Assembly: GCA_965197665.1 (NCBI GenBank)
Contig: CBDANO010000003.1
Coordinates: 361,924-425,923 of the forward strand
Source of the DNA: Dehalococcoidia bacterium
Lineage (GTDB): Bacteria > Chloroflexota > Dehalococcoidia > Lucifugimonadales > UBA3495
Length of the DNA: 64,000 bases
Reading direction: 5' to 3'
The position numbers were made by a program, and so were the translations under genes. Positions within the stretch are counted from its first letter, which is position 1. Each line of letters opens with the position of its first letter. Below the pieces are notes generated by a model. The model saw only the letters and a program-made list of their open reading frames with translations, was not told the origin of the DNA and made no database searches. Positions 39,332 through 47,972 of the stretch are shown here, piece by piece.

Positions 39332-42313
39332 ATGATTAGAACGCAAACGAGCATACACGACTTGTTCAAAGCTCAAGCCGCCCGGACCCCGGACGCCATC
39401 GCCTTGGTATCCGGCAACGAACAAATATCATACTCGGAGCTTGACCGGGTAACGGATTCCCTGGGGGCCTATCTTCGCCGCCGCGGGGTATCGCCCGACG
39501 ACCGGGTAGGTGTCCTGATGGAGACCTCCTGGGAGTACGTCGTCGCTTGCATCGGGGCCCTCAAAGCCGGGGGCGCCTTCATGCCCTTGGACTTGGACTC
39601 ACCCGATCATTTGCTGAAGGGCATCGTAGCGGAAGCAACACCGAGGGTAATAATAACCAAGAAGCAGCATGCCTCCCGTTCCAACCTGGATCCCGGCGCC
39701 CACGTATTAGTCTTGGACGCCGCTGAGTCTTGGAGCGAACTCGAAGCCGATCCGGACGGCCCCGTCGTCACCGGCGAGAACCTGGCCTTCGTGCCGTATA
39801 CCTCGGGTACCACCGGCGACCCAAAGGGAGTAATGCAGACCCACGGCGCCGTCACGTCGTCCTACTTCGCGCGGTACGAATTTAGTTCTTATCGAACCGG
39901 AGACCGGGTCGCTTGCAACATATTCTTAATATGGGAGTTTCTCCGGCCGTTGCTCAAGGGAGGGACGGTCTACGTAATTCCTGACGAGGTGATGTTCCTG
40001 CCCCGGGCCCTGACGGAGTTCATCTCCGAACACCGAATATCCGAGGTCTTGTTTACCCCCTCTCTGCTGCAAGGGGTTTTCAACTCGGCGAGCGTCGAGG
40101 ACTTGCGGGCCCGGCTTGAGTCCTTGCGGGTTGTTTGGTTGAACGGCGAGGTCGTGTCTTCCAGCCTCATAGACCAAGCGTTGAAAGTATTTTCCAAGGC
40201 CGCTCGAGTGCTGAATACTTACAGCATTTGCGAGACCCACGATGTTTGCACCGTGGAGTTGAAGAAAGGGGATTGGGACGGGCGGGACGTTTGCCCGGTG
40301 GGGCTTCCCATGGAAGGGGTGACGGTGCGGGTGCTGCCCGAGGGAGAGTCCTCGTTGGCCGCCGTGGGGATGGGCGAGATGTATATAGGGGGGCTGGGCT
40401 TGGCGAGGGGCTATCTGGGGAGGGAGGACTTGGACCAGCAGAAGTTCCTTCCGGTGGGCGGCGATAGGTATTACGCTACCGGCGACCTGGCCGAGATTGA
40501 TTTCCAAGGAATGGTAACCGTCACCGGCCGTAACGATTCGATGGTCAAGGTTAGAGGGTATAGCGTCTACCTCAGCGGTATAGAAGAGACTCTTAGGAAA
40601 CACTGCGATGTCCTCGACGCCGTGGTTACGGCGGAAGCGGAAGACGAGGCCAATAAGCGCCTGATGGCTTACGTTGTCCGCAAACCCGGCGCCGCTTGGC
40701 GGATCGATGCCGGGAGCGGGACTAGCAGGGAGCTGCAGAACCTATTGGACCGGTACCTCCCCCATTTCATGGTGCCCAGCCGGTACATGGAACTGGGCGA
40801 ACTTCCCATCAACCAACAGACGGGCAAACTTAACCGCAAGGCCCTCCCCAAGCTTCAGAAGATCAAGGCCCGCGCCAAGAACCGGGTGGTGAATCCCGAA
40901 CAAGCGACTATGGAGGAGCGGCGTTCGGTGTTGCGGGAGCTATGGGGCGAAGTTCTGGACATGGAGAAGGACTCGTTGGACGACGATTGGAATTTCTTGG
41001 AGCTTGGCGGCCATTCGCTGTCCGGTCTGGAGTTGACGCTGGGCATGGAGCGGGCGTTCGGAATTAAGCTCCAAGGGACGGAAGTCTACGATTACCAGAC
41101 CATCAACAAGCTGGCGGCTTATTTGGGAGATAGAGGTTCGCATATGGACTCCAAGATTTCCCTTGCCGAAGAAGCGCGCTTGGACCCGGAAATCGTGCCG
41201 GCCGGCGGGGCGGCTTGTACCCGCTTGAGTGAAGCGGGTTCGGTATTCATAACCGGCGCTACGGGTTTTCTGGGCGCCTTCCTTCTTGACGAGCTATTAC
41301 GCTCGACGAGCCGGGACACCAAGTTCTATTGCTTGGTCCGGCACCGGGGTGACCGGGGAGGGCCAGAGAGCAACCGGGTGTTAGACACTCTGAGGTTCTA
41401 CGATCTGCCGGGCCAAACGCTCCGTGACCGCGTCGTCCTAGTGAACGGCGATTTGACTCAACCCCAATTCGGATTGGACGATGGGGACTTCAACAGGCTC
41501 GCCAAAGACATGGACTTGATCTTTCACTGCGCGGCTTCCGTTAACTACGTCTACACCTATCCGGCGATCAAGCCCCATACCGTCGGCGGCACCGAAGAGG
41601 TGCTCAAGTTCGCCTGCCGGGCCAAGACCAAGCCGCTTCAGTACGTTTCATCCAATGGAGTTTTTCCCGGCGGAGACGCTACGCCCTACCTGGAAAACAA
41701 GGAGATAGCCGGTTGGGCCCATCGAATGGAGGGCGGCTACAACCAAGCCAAGTGGGTTGCGGAAATGCTGGTGTGGTCGGCCGTATCCCGCGGGCTGCCC
41801 GCCTGTATCTTTAGACCTGGGAACATTGGCCACCACAGCGTCACCGGCGTGGTCAACCCCAACGACTTCCAAACGTTGATAATCAAGTCCTGTTTGCGGG
41901 TTGGGTGCGCTCCCCGGACGCCGGACTGGTTGTTCGAGATGACCCCGGTGGACTTCCTGGTTGAAGCCGTGGCCAGGATAGCCGACGATCCGGTTCATCT
42001 GGGCAGGGTCTACAACGTCGTTCAGGGCGATCCGGTCCCAGCCGACCAAGTCTTCGGCTATATGAAAAGCAACGGGTACATAACGGAGCGCGTACCGTTG
42101 GCGGAGTGGAAGTCAAGATTGGAAGCTTTGGCAGATAAGGAGAACGATCTGGAGCTAAAGATGCTGGTCCAATCTCTGGACTCCGTTGAAGGGTACTTGA
42201 CCGACACCAGCGTCTACGACATCAGCAGGTTCAGCGAGGCTATATCAGCTATGGGCCTGACGCCGCCAACGGTGGACGTGGCCTACGTGACCAAATTCCT
42301 GAGCGGCTCGTAG
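39332..42313 (+). CDS. NRPS-like carboxylate reductase: adenylation - carrier (T) - thioester reductase (A-T-R)
   Basis: 993-aa ORF. A motifs are YTSGTTGDPKGV, NTYSICET, GEMYIGGLGLARGY, YATGD, GRNDSMVKVRGY and GKLNRKAL. The T motif is LELGGHSLSGLEL. The R domain begins FITGATGFLGAFLLDELL. Confidence 0.85.
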   Translation: MIRTQTSIHDLFKAQAARTPDAIALVSGNEQISYSELDRVTDSLGAYLRRRGVSPDDRVGVLMETSWEYVVACIGALKAGGAFMPLDLDSPDHLLKGIVAEATPRVIITKKQHASRSNLDPGAHVLVLDAAESWSELEADPDGPVVTGENLAFVPYTSGTTGDPKGVMQTHGAVTSSYFARYEFSSYRTGDRVACNIFLIWEFLRPLLKGGTVYVIPDEVMFLPRALTEFISEHRISEVLFTPSLLQGVFNSASVEDLRARLESLRVVWLNGEVVSSSLIDQALKVFSKAARVLNTYSICETHDVCTVELKKGDWDGRDVCPVGLPMEGVTVRVLPEGESSLAAVGMGEMYIGGLGLARGYLGREDLDQQKFLPVGGDRYYATGDLAEIDFQGMVTVTGRNDSMVKVRGYSVYLSGIEETLRKHCDVLDAVVTAEAEDEANKRLMAYVVRKPGAAWRIDAGSGTSRELQNLLDRYLPHFMVPSRYMELGELPINQQTGKLNRKALPKLQKIKARAKNRVVNPEQATMEERRSVLRELWGEVLDMEKDSLDDDWNFLELGGHSLSGLELTLGMERAFGIKLQGTEVYDYQTINKLAAYLGDRGSHMDSKISLAEEARLDPEIVPAGGAACTRLSEAGSVFITGATGFLGAFLLDELLRSTSRDTKFYCLVRHRGDRGGPESNRVLDTLRFYDLPGQTLRDRVVLVNGDLTQPQFGLDDGDFNRLAKDMDLIFHCAASVNYVYTYPAIKPHTVGGTEEVLKFACRAKTKPLQYVSSNGVFPGGDATPYLENKEIAGWAHRMEGGYNQAKWVAEMLVWSAVSRGLPACIFRPGNIGHHSVTGVVNPNDFQTLIIKSCLRVGCAPRTPDWLFEMTPVDFLVEAVARIADDPVHLGRVYNVVQGDPVPADQVFGYMKSNGYITERVPLAEWKSRLEALADKENDLELKMLVQSLDSVEGYLTDTSVYDISRFSEAISAMGLTPPTVDVAYVTKFLSGS

Positions 42314-42482
42314 CCTCCCTCCGGCCAATCAAGTCTCTCCCGTAATGCGCCCGTTCCAGGCTAGAAGAGCCGGCGTTAGGCCGGTGACTACAGTGTCGTT
42401 CTCGAGTATAGGGGACGCCATACCGGCCCCCGGTCCGAGTCTTCAGTACACCAGTGCGCCGATGCGTTCTGAGGAGCCGCAA

Positions 42483-43325
42483 ATGCAGGAATCACGAAAC
42501 ATTGCTTCAACCGTGGCCGTCACCAAAGAGTATTACGACGGCCCGGCCGATGAGATATACAAGCTGGTTTGGGGTGAAAACATACACCTTGGGATTCCCT
42601 GCAACGCCGATTGCCCGCATCCGAAAGCCATGGAACACACCAATGAGGTCATGGCCCGGATCGCCGGCTTGAAAAAGGGCTGGCGGGTGCTGGACTTGGG
42701 GTGCGGCTACGGGGCCGCCGCCCGTTATCTGGCTCGAAAGTACGGATGCGCGGTTGTGGGCGTCAACCTGAGTGAAAAGGAGTTGGCGGCGGCAAACCGG
42801 AGCGCCCGCGATGCCGGGCTACAGGGGCCGGTCTCCTTCGAGCTGGGGGACTTTCACTCTCTCAGGTTCGACAGCGAGTCCTTCGACGTAGTGTGGAGCC
42901 AGGAAGCCTTCCTCCACGGCGCGGACAAGTCCCAAGTGATTTCGGAGTGCAAGCGAGTGTTGGTACCCGGTGGCACTTTGATCTTTTCGGACCTCGTGGT
43001 GCGGTCCGGCACCCCCCAGGCCGACCGGGAGCGGATATACGACAGGATAAAATCGCCGGACATGTGGGACGCCGACGACTATCACCGCTGTTTGATTGAG
43101 CAAGGATTTCGGGTGATTCAAGCGGAAGACTGGTCGGGCCACGTGGCCAGGTCATACTCTTGGGTCCGGGATAAGGTGATAGAAAACCGAGGCGAACTGC
43201 TGGCTAGGACGGACTCGGAGACCATCGATCGAACGATCGATTCACTAAGGTTTTGGGTGGATTCGGCCAACGCCGGTAAGATCGGTTGGGCGTTGTTTGC
43301 GGCAGCAAAGGGGGCCGTGAATTAA
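42483..43325 (+). CDS. SAM-dependent N-methyltransferase resembling sarcosine/dimethylglycine N-methyltransferase
   Basis: 280 aa from ATG 42483 (GAGGAG RBS). It carries YYDGPADEIYKLVWGENIHLG and the SAM motif VLDLGCGYGAAARYLA. Size and N-terminal motif match halophile SDMT/DMT as I remember them. Confidence 0.7.
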   Translation: MQESRNIASTVAVTKEYYDGPADEIYKLVWGENIHLGIPCNADCPHPKAMEHTNEVMARIAGLKKGWRVLDLGCGYGAAARYLARKYGCAVVGVNLSEKELAAANRSARDAGLQGPVSFELGDFHSLRFDSESFDVVWSQEAFLHGADKSQVISECKRVLVPGGTLIFSDLVVRSGTPQADRERIYDRIKSPDMWDADDYHRCLIEQGFRVIQAEDWSGHVARSYSWVRDKVIENRGELLARTDSETIDRTIDSLRFWVDSANAGKIGWALFAAAKGAVN

Positions 43326-43413
43326 CAACCCGATGCGAAAGTTTTCCGGGCCGTGGATAGAATCGTCAATGTAACAACCCTGTCCTACAGCCCTTCTTAG
43401 GCGAGACGTTTAG

Positions 43414-43468
43414 GCTCCTACCCAACTTATTACTAATATTCTTTATTACAATTTATGATGGTAGGAGC
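43414..43468. other. 9-bp inverted repeat GCTCCTACC / GGTAGGAGC enclosing a 37-nt AT-rich loop
   Basis: Read directly from the AT-rich spacer between the two methyltransferase genes. Confidence 0.5.
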
Positions 43469-43640
43469 GTCAATACTCAAAACGGGCCGTATCATGCCGG
43501 TATTGTTCGAAATACGCTCTTGTTTCCGCGATACGCCCGCGGAGACCGTAACAATACCAACTAGCGGGGCCTGCATACGGCCATTTGACATACCCAAGTC
43601 AATTGGGTATAGGTAAGTCTACCCCCTTCTTTTTTGCATT

Positions 43641-43672
43641 ACGTTAACGTTTTGTTAGGGGAATGTTAACGT
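43641..43672. promoter_or_regulatory. Two GTTAACGT palindromic boxes 22 bp apart (the first is a perfect ACGTTAACGT); candidate operator
   Basis: Boxes lie at 43643..43650 and 43665..43672, which is 40-70 bp upstream of the GSMT-like start. Confidence 0.3.
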
Positions 43673-43710
43673 CATGTCAAGGCAATGTTATTGATTTCAG
43701 GAGAGCGACC

Positions 43711-44481
43711 ATGCGTACGTCTGAGAAACCGAGTTCCAAACTATTTCTCGAGCAATATACCCCTGCCTTTGTGAGCCGGTGGGATGAATTGATCGACTGG
43801 AAGAGCCGCCGCCGCTCCGAAGACGGGTTCTTCGAGAGGCTCCTGTCTAACACCGGCGCCCGGAAAGTGCTGGATATTGCTTGCGGCACGGGCTATCACA
43901 CGATAAACCTCAGGCTGACGGGCTTCGAAGTGACAGGCGCGGACGGGTCCGCCAACATGCTCTCCAAAGCCCAAGAAAACGCCAACCGGTACGGGTTGGG
44001 AAACATCCGTTTCGTGGAAACTGAGTGGGCCTCTTTGAGCGAATCGTTTCCCGGCGGCAATCAGTTCGATGCCATAGTTTGCTTGGGGAACGCTTTCACC
44101 CACTTGTTTGAAGAACACGACCGGGTCGCAGCCCTCAGGGAAATCTACTCCCTCTTGAACCCCGGCGGAATCGCAATCATAGACCACCGCAACTACGACT
44201 CCATACTCGAAGAGGGATTCAGCAGCAAGCACCAGTACTATTACCTTGGCGACACCGTAGATGTCCGACCGGCTATCGTCCACCCAAACACCCTCGAGTT
44301 GGAATACAACTACGAAGACGGGGAAACTCACTTCCTTACCCTATTTCCGCTGCGCCAAGAGTACCTGACCGGGTTATTGCGGCGGACAGGCTTCGCCTCG
44401 GTGGTCCGCTACGGGGATTTCGAGGAAGACTACGACGCCTTGGCCCCCGACTTCATAGTTCAAGTGGCGACGAAGACCTAG
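43711..44481 (+). CDS. SAM-dependent N-methyltransferase resembling glycine/sarcosine N-methyltransferase
   Basis: 256 aa from ATG 43711 (AGGAGA RBS). It carries WDELIDWKSRRRSEDGFFERLL, VLDIACGTGYHTINL and GADGSANML, a layout typical of GSMT/GNMT-type enzymes. Confidence 0.7.
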   Translation: MRTSEKPSSKLFLEQYTPAFVSRWDELIDWKSRRRSEDGFFERLLSNTGARKVLDIACGTGYHTINLRLTGFEVTGADGSANMLSKAQENANRYGLGNIRFVETEWASLSESFPGGNQFDAIVCLGNAFTHLFEEHDRVAALREIYSLLNPGGIAIIDHRNYDSILEEGFSSKHQYYYLGDTVDVRPAIVHPNTLELEYNYEDGETHFLTLFPLRQEYLTGLLRRTGFASVVRYGDFEEDYDALAPDFIVQVATKT

Positions 44482-44785
44482 CTCCCCCAAAGGCGCCAAT
44501 CACCGTTTTATCCAATCGGCGGGCAAGGGCCCCTGAGACCTACCGAAAGAACGGCGATTGGCCCAGGACCAAGCTCCTCACCGCTTAGCGTCCGCTCCCG
44601 TCTGTTAGCCACCCCCGCACCCGCAACGAAGCGACCTAGCCTCCGGCGGAGTTGCCGCACTGCCCCGCGTCACGTGATAGCCGGTTAACCCTATGGGCAA
44701 GTTATCCAGGCCGGAGATAATATTATCGACGCGACAACGCAATCGTCCGACATGGGCCGGCTTCTACCAGGGAGACGGGTTGGGG

Positions 44786-44840
44786 AACCGTCGAGTTGCC
44801 CTTGGCCAAGCGATAAGAAACTTGGGCACGGGGTTAGCTG
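44786..44840 (+). repeat. Copy C (shorter variant) of the conserved element
   Basis: TTGGCCAAGCGATAAGAAACTTGGGCACGGGGTTAG shares 30/36 positions with copy A. It ends about 45 nt upstream of ORF 44883. Confidence 0.65.
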
Positions 44841-44882
44841 AGGCAGTTAGAAGAAAAGCAGTCCATACCGGTTGAGGGAGTC

Positions 44883-45119
44883 ATGGCGCCAGAGATGGAT
44901 TCGCGGGAATGGCGGGAGTTCTTGAATGCTAGGAATGAGCTCGAGGCTGCTAATGAGTACCACATTAGCCTCATCGACAAATACACTTCGGACACCGCCA
45001 GGCCCGGCCAGCCTATGACAATCGTGACGCAAGCCGCGAAGGCGGAAATGGAAGAGGCGGCGAATCGACTGGAGTTTGCCCGCGAACGTCTCCGCTTGGC
45101 CCAGAGACGGTTGCAATAG
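44883..45119 (+). CDS. Hypothetical small coiled-coil protein
   Basis: 78-aa ORF with a GAGGGAG RBS-like sequence. No recognisable family. Confidence 0.35.
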   Translation: MAPEMDSREWREFLNARNELEAANEYHISLIDKYTSDTARPGQPMTIVTQAAKAEMEEAANRLEFARERLRLAQRRLQ

Positions 45120-45284
45120 TCCTGATGTCATCGGGGGCGCGGCGGTTGGGTTTCCCCGGATTCCGGCTCAAAGGTTCGCCGCGGCGAGTCTACCGGAGGT
45201 AGGACCGGAACGACAGGCGATTCCCTGGCGTCTCCGCCCCACGCGAATACTCGGGGTGACTTATATTGAGGTGCTTCTGAGGTT

Positions 45285-45361
45285 TGGTAGCGCGTGCGGG
45301 ATTCGAACCCGCGATCTCCGCCTTGAGAGGGCGGTGTCCTTGGCCTCTAGACGAACGCGCC
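45285..45361 (-). tRNA. tRNA-Glu (anticodon CUC), CCA encoded
   Basis: A 77-nt cloverleaf was folded by hand: acceptor GGCGCGT/ACGCGCT, D arm GTCT-AGAGGCCAA-GGAC, anticodon arm CCGCC-CTCTCAA-GGCGG, T arm GCGGG-TTCGAAT-CCCGC, then ACCA. The D and anticodon arms closely match E. coli tRNA-Glu as I remember it. Confidence 0.9.
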
Positions 45362-45636
45362 ACTAGCAGCTGGGGCGAGGCAGGCCCGGAATGAGCACTC
45401 CGCCTGTTCCATCGTAGCAAACCCCCATTGCATTGTAAACCGGACTTGCCAGGCCAAAACCGCCATTCAAAAGACGGAAGCGCCTCCTTGAGTCCCGCTA
45501 CACCCGGCTATGACAATAATCGCCGGCCAAGAGTCATCATCCTACGATGGGAGGCGCAAAAGGCATCAACCGGGGAGCGCCGCCGCCGCGGGTTATCGCC
45601 GGTTACATTGGCCGTCACCGGCAGACCGGCGCAGGC

Positions 45637-47208
45637 CTAGCCCAACGGTCCTCGCCCGGCGACGAAGGAATCCCGCGCCCGGACCACTGCCTTGAGCTTG
45701 GCCTCCGCAACGCCGGCGGAAGCTACTGGGTTGTCGGCGAAGGTGGCGAATCCGCAGTCGGGAGTGAACAAGACGCGCTCCCGTCCGAAGAGATGGACGG
45801 CTTGGTTTATTCGCCGGCGTATGTCCTCGTTCGGCTCCACGGCGTCCACCTTTTGGTTGACGACACCGACGCCGACCCGCTTGTCGTCAGGGATGCCCCG
45901 GAGCACCTCAGCCTCGCCGGCGCGCTCGGTGCAAAGCTCCAGGAACAAGACGCCGACCTCCGCCCGCTTCAGAAGGTCCAAGAGCGGCCGGTAATCGCCG
46001 GCCAAGGCGGCGGACTCGTCGCCGGTCCAGTTGCCCCGGCAGATGTGCAGGCCCAAGCGCTCCTTGGGCAGGCCCAGGACCACTTGGTTCAGCAGCCCGA
46101 CGGCGAAGTCCAGCTCTGGGCCCGGGGCCAGCTTTTCGCTCAGGGCGCCGCACATGAAGCTGCGGGTCCGGCTGGCGGCGCCGAAGACGACCTCGGTCAG
46201 CACCGGCTCGTCGAACTGCACCAAGGCCGCGCCGGAGGCCAGCAGGAAATGCAGTTCCTCACGGACTACCCGGACGATGTCTCGGGCCAGTTCCTCCCGG
46301 GTCCGGTAAGGGCGGTCAGTGAGGCAGTCCAGCCACATGGTGCGCGTGAGCAAGTAGGGGCCGGGCAACGCCACTTTCACCGGCAGGTCGGCGCAAGTCT
46401 TGGCAAAGTCGAATTCGTGGACGGCTAGAGGCCTGCTCCGGCCCAGACTGCCGTAGACCACCGGGTGCCGGACCTCCGCCGCGGGAACGTCGAGGGCGCG
46501 AAGCTCCAACTCGAACTCTTCCGGGTCGTCCACCATGGCGGTGAGGTCGCTGAGGGGGATGAGCTGGCAGTTGTCCAGCAGCCCGCCAACGAAGCTGGCG
46601 TAGCTGTCCCGCCGTTGTTCGCCGTCGGTCAGAACGTCAACCCCCGCCCTAAGCTGGGCGTCAAGGCAGAGACGCACCGCGTCGTCCGCCGTGGCCTGGT
46701 AGTCGGCCTCGTCCAGCCGGCCCTCCAAGCGGTCGTGTATGGCTTGGAGCATCCATCGGGGCCGGGGCCAACTCCCGATGCCCATGACGGACAACGGACC
46801 AATCTTTGGGGCCCGGACCGGCGGCGGCAGCGATCCGGGGATGGCCACCGGGACCCGTAGCTGCTCGCCTATTCCCGCGGCGGACGCTTGGGTGCCGTGC
46901 GGGGCGTCATCGATGTCACGCTCAATACCGCGCTCAACATCACGGTCAATATATGGGCCCTTGCTGACCAGAAAGCTTCGCCGGCGGCCCTCCTTGGTCC
47001 AAGAGACCAGTTCGTTTTTGGTCAACCGGCACCAAGCCGGGAGTTCGACCTCAACCGTTGAATCGGTGGACAGGATTTCCAGCAGGCCGCCGGGGTTCAA
47101 GGGGTCGATGTGCCGGCGGATAAGCAGCAGCAATCCGCCGCCGCAGTCTAGGTCTCCGCCGTCGAAGCTAACGTCAGGTTGGCGGGCGTGTTGTGGGACC
47201 GGTTCCAT
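45637..47208 (-). CDS. Fusion protein: N-terminal TusA-like domain plus C-terminal cobalamin-independent methionine synthase (MetE catalytic-domain)-like Zn methyltransferase
   Basis: From ATG 47208 the N-terminus reads GGDLDCGGGLLLLIRRH...LPAWCRL (TusA/SirA-like). The C-terminal 370 aa carry MetE-like zinc ligand motifs LHICRGNW, LFLELCTE and FTPDCGFAT. Confidence 0.75.
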   Translation of the reverse strand: MEPVPQHARQPDVSFDGGDLDCGGGLLLLIRRHIDPLNPGGLLEILSTDSTVEVELPAWCRLTKNELVSWTKEGRRRSFLVSKGPYIDRDVERGIERDIDDAPHGTQASAAGIGEQLRVPVAIPGSLPPPVRAPKIGPLSVMGIGSWPRPRWMLQAIHDRLEGRLDEADYQATADDAVRLCLDAQLRAGVDVLTDGEQRRDSYASFVGGLLDNCQLIPLSDLTAMVDDPEEFELELRALDVPAAEVRHPVVYGSLGRSRPLAVHEFDFAKTCADLPVKVALPGPYLLTRTMWLDCLTDRPYRTREELARDIVRVVREELHFLLASGAALVQFDEPVLTEVVFGAASRTRSFMCGALSEKLAPGPELDFAVGLLNQVVLGLPKERLGLHICRGNWTGDESAALAGDYRPLLDLLKRAEVGVLFLELCTERAGEAEVLRGIPDDKRVGVGVVNQKVDAVEPNEDIRRRINQAVHLFGRERVLFTPDCGFATFADNPVASAGVAEAKLKAVVRARDSFVAGRGPLG

Positions 47209-47242
47209 CAGGGGGCCTCGGATGTGGGTATGGAACAACCGC

Positions 47243-47605
47243 TTAGTAGGTGATGCAGGGTGTGCCGTTGCTGAGAAACTCCACCAGTACGGCCCCGCCG
47301 ACGATTCTCGCGCCATCGACCAGATTACTTTCATCCAGCCCGCGTTTCCTAAAACACGGGGCGCAGACGTAGATGCTCCCCTCTGCGGTGGCGAAGTTGT
47401 CCATCAGTTCCTTGAGGGGCAGGTACCCCTCCTCGTGGACGTCGTCTGGGTATCCCTTTTGGGACAGCCGGACGCCTTCGGTGCTAAGGAAGACGACGGT
47501 GTCCTTTTCCGAGCCGAGGGCCGCGTTGGCTAGGACGAAAGCCACGGTCGCCTTGTCGGTGTCGTCCTTAGCGCAGGTGAGGCTAACGCAGAATTTATCC
47601 GCCAT
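47243..47605 (-). CDS. DsrE/DsrF-like sulfur-relay family protein
   Basis: 120 aa from ATG 47605, with KATVAFVLANAAL ... YVCAPCFRKRG. Confidence 0.65.
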   Translation of the reverse strand: MADKFCVSLTCAKDDTDKATVAFVLANAALGSEKDTVVFLSTEGVRLSQKGYPDDVHEEGYLPLKELMDNFATAEGSIYVCAPCFRKRGLDESNLVDGARIVGGAVLVEFLSNGTPCITY

Positions 47606-47640
47606 TTTGGTCCGTATTCCCTCCGGTGCGTAATTTGTTA

Positions 47641-47907
47641 CTAGTTGCTTTTTGCTTCGATCCAGTAGTGAGGATGCTCGGCGCGGAGCAGCCGGCGGCC
47701 GGTCATCCGGCACCAAGCCGGCAGGTCTTCGGGAGCGCCCAGGTCCTGGGAGGTCAGCTTAAGCACGTCTCCCGGGTTGAGCTTTCTCATTCGGAGCCGG
47801 AGCAAGATGATGACCTCGCCGCAACCCATGTGGCCCGCGTCCCATTCGTCGGCGACGGGCATATCGGCCTCTTGGAACCGGGGAGCGCCCGGCTCAAAGT
47901 TGGTCAC
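47641..47907 (-). CDS. TusA-like sulfurtransferase family protein
   Basis: 88-aa ORF with HMGCGEVIILLRLRM...DLPAWCRMTG. It parallels the N-terminal domain of the fusion protein. Confidence 0.65.
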   Translation of the reverse strand: MTNFEPGAPRFQEADMPVADEWDAGHMGCGEVIILLRLRMRKLNPGDVLKLTSQDLGAPEDLPAWCRMTGRRLLRAEHPHYWIEAKSN

Positions 47908-47972
47908 CGGCGCAACTCTCCTACCCTATGCAGCGCCGGTTCATCGAGAGCCGTCGTCACCATGTTTTATGT

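Noticed and set aside
43641-43650. 8-nt identity (ACGTTAAC) between the mini-array pseudo-spacer and the palindrome upstream of the GSMT-like gene, as a possible Cascade target.
   Set aside because: The match is short, is built on a palindromic HpaI-type site, lies at the PAM-distal end of the spacer and has no PAM context. It is probably chance.
45285-45361. tRNA-Glu as an integration site with an identifiable direct-repeat att and integrase delimiting an island.
   Set aside because: I found no integrase gene and no duplicated tRNA 3' segment in the window. Island status of the neighbouring clusters remains inference only.
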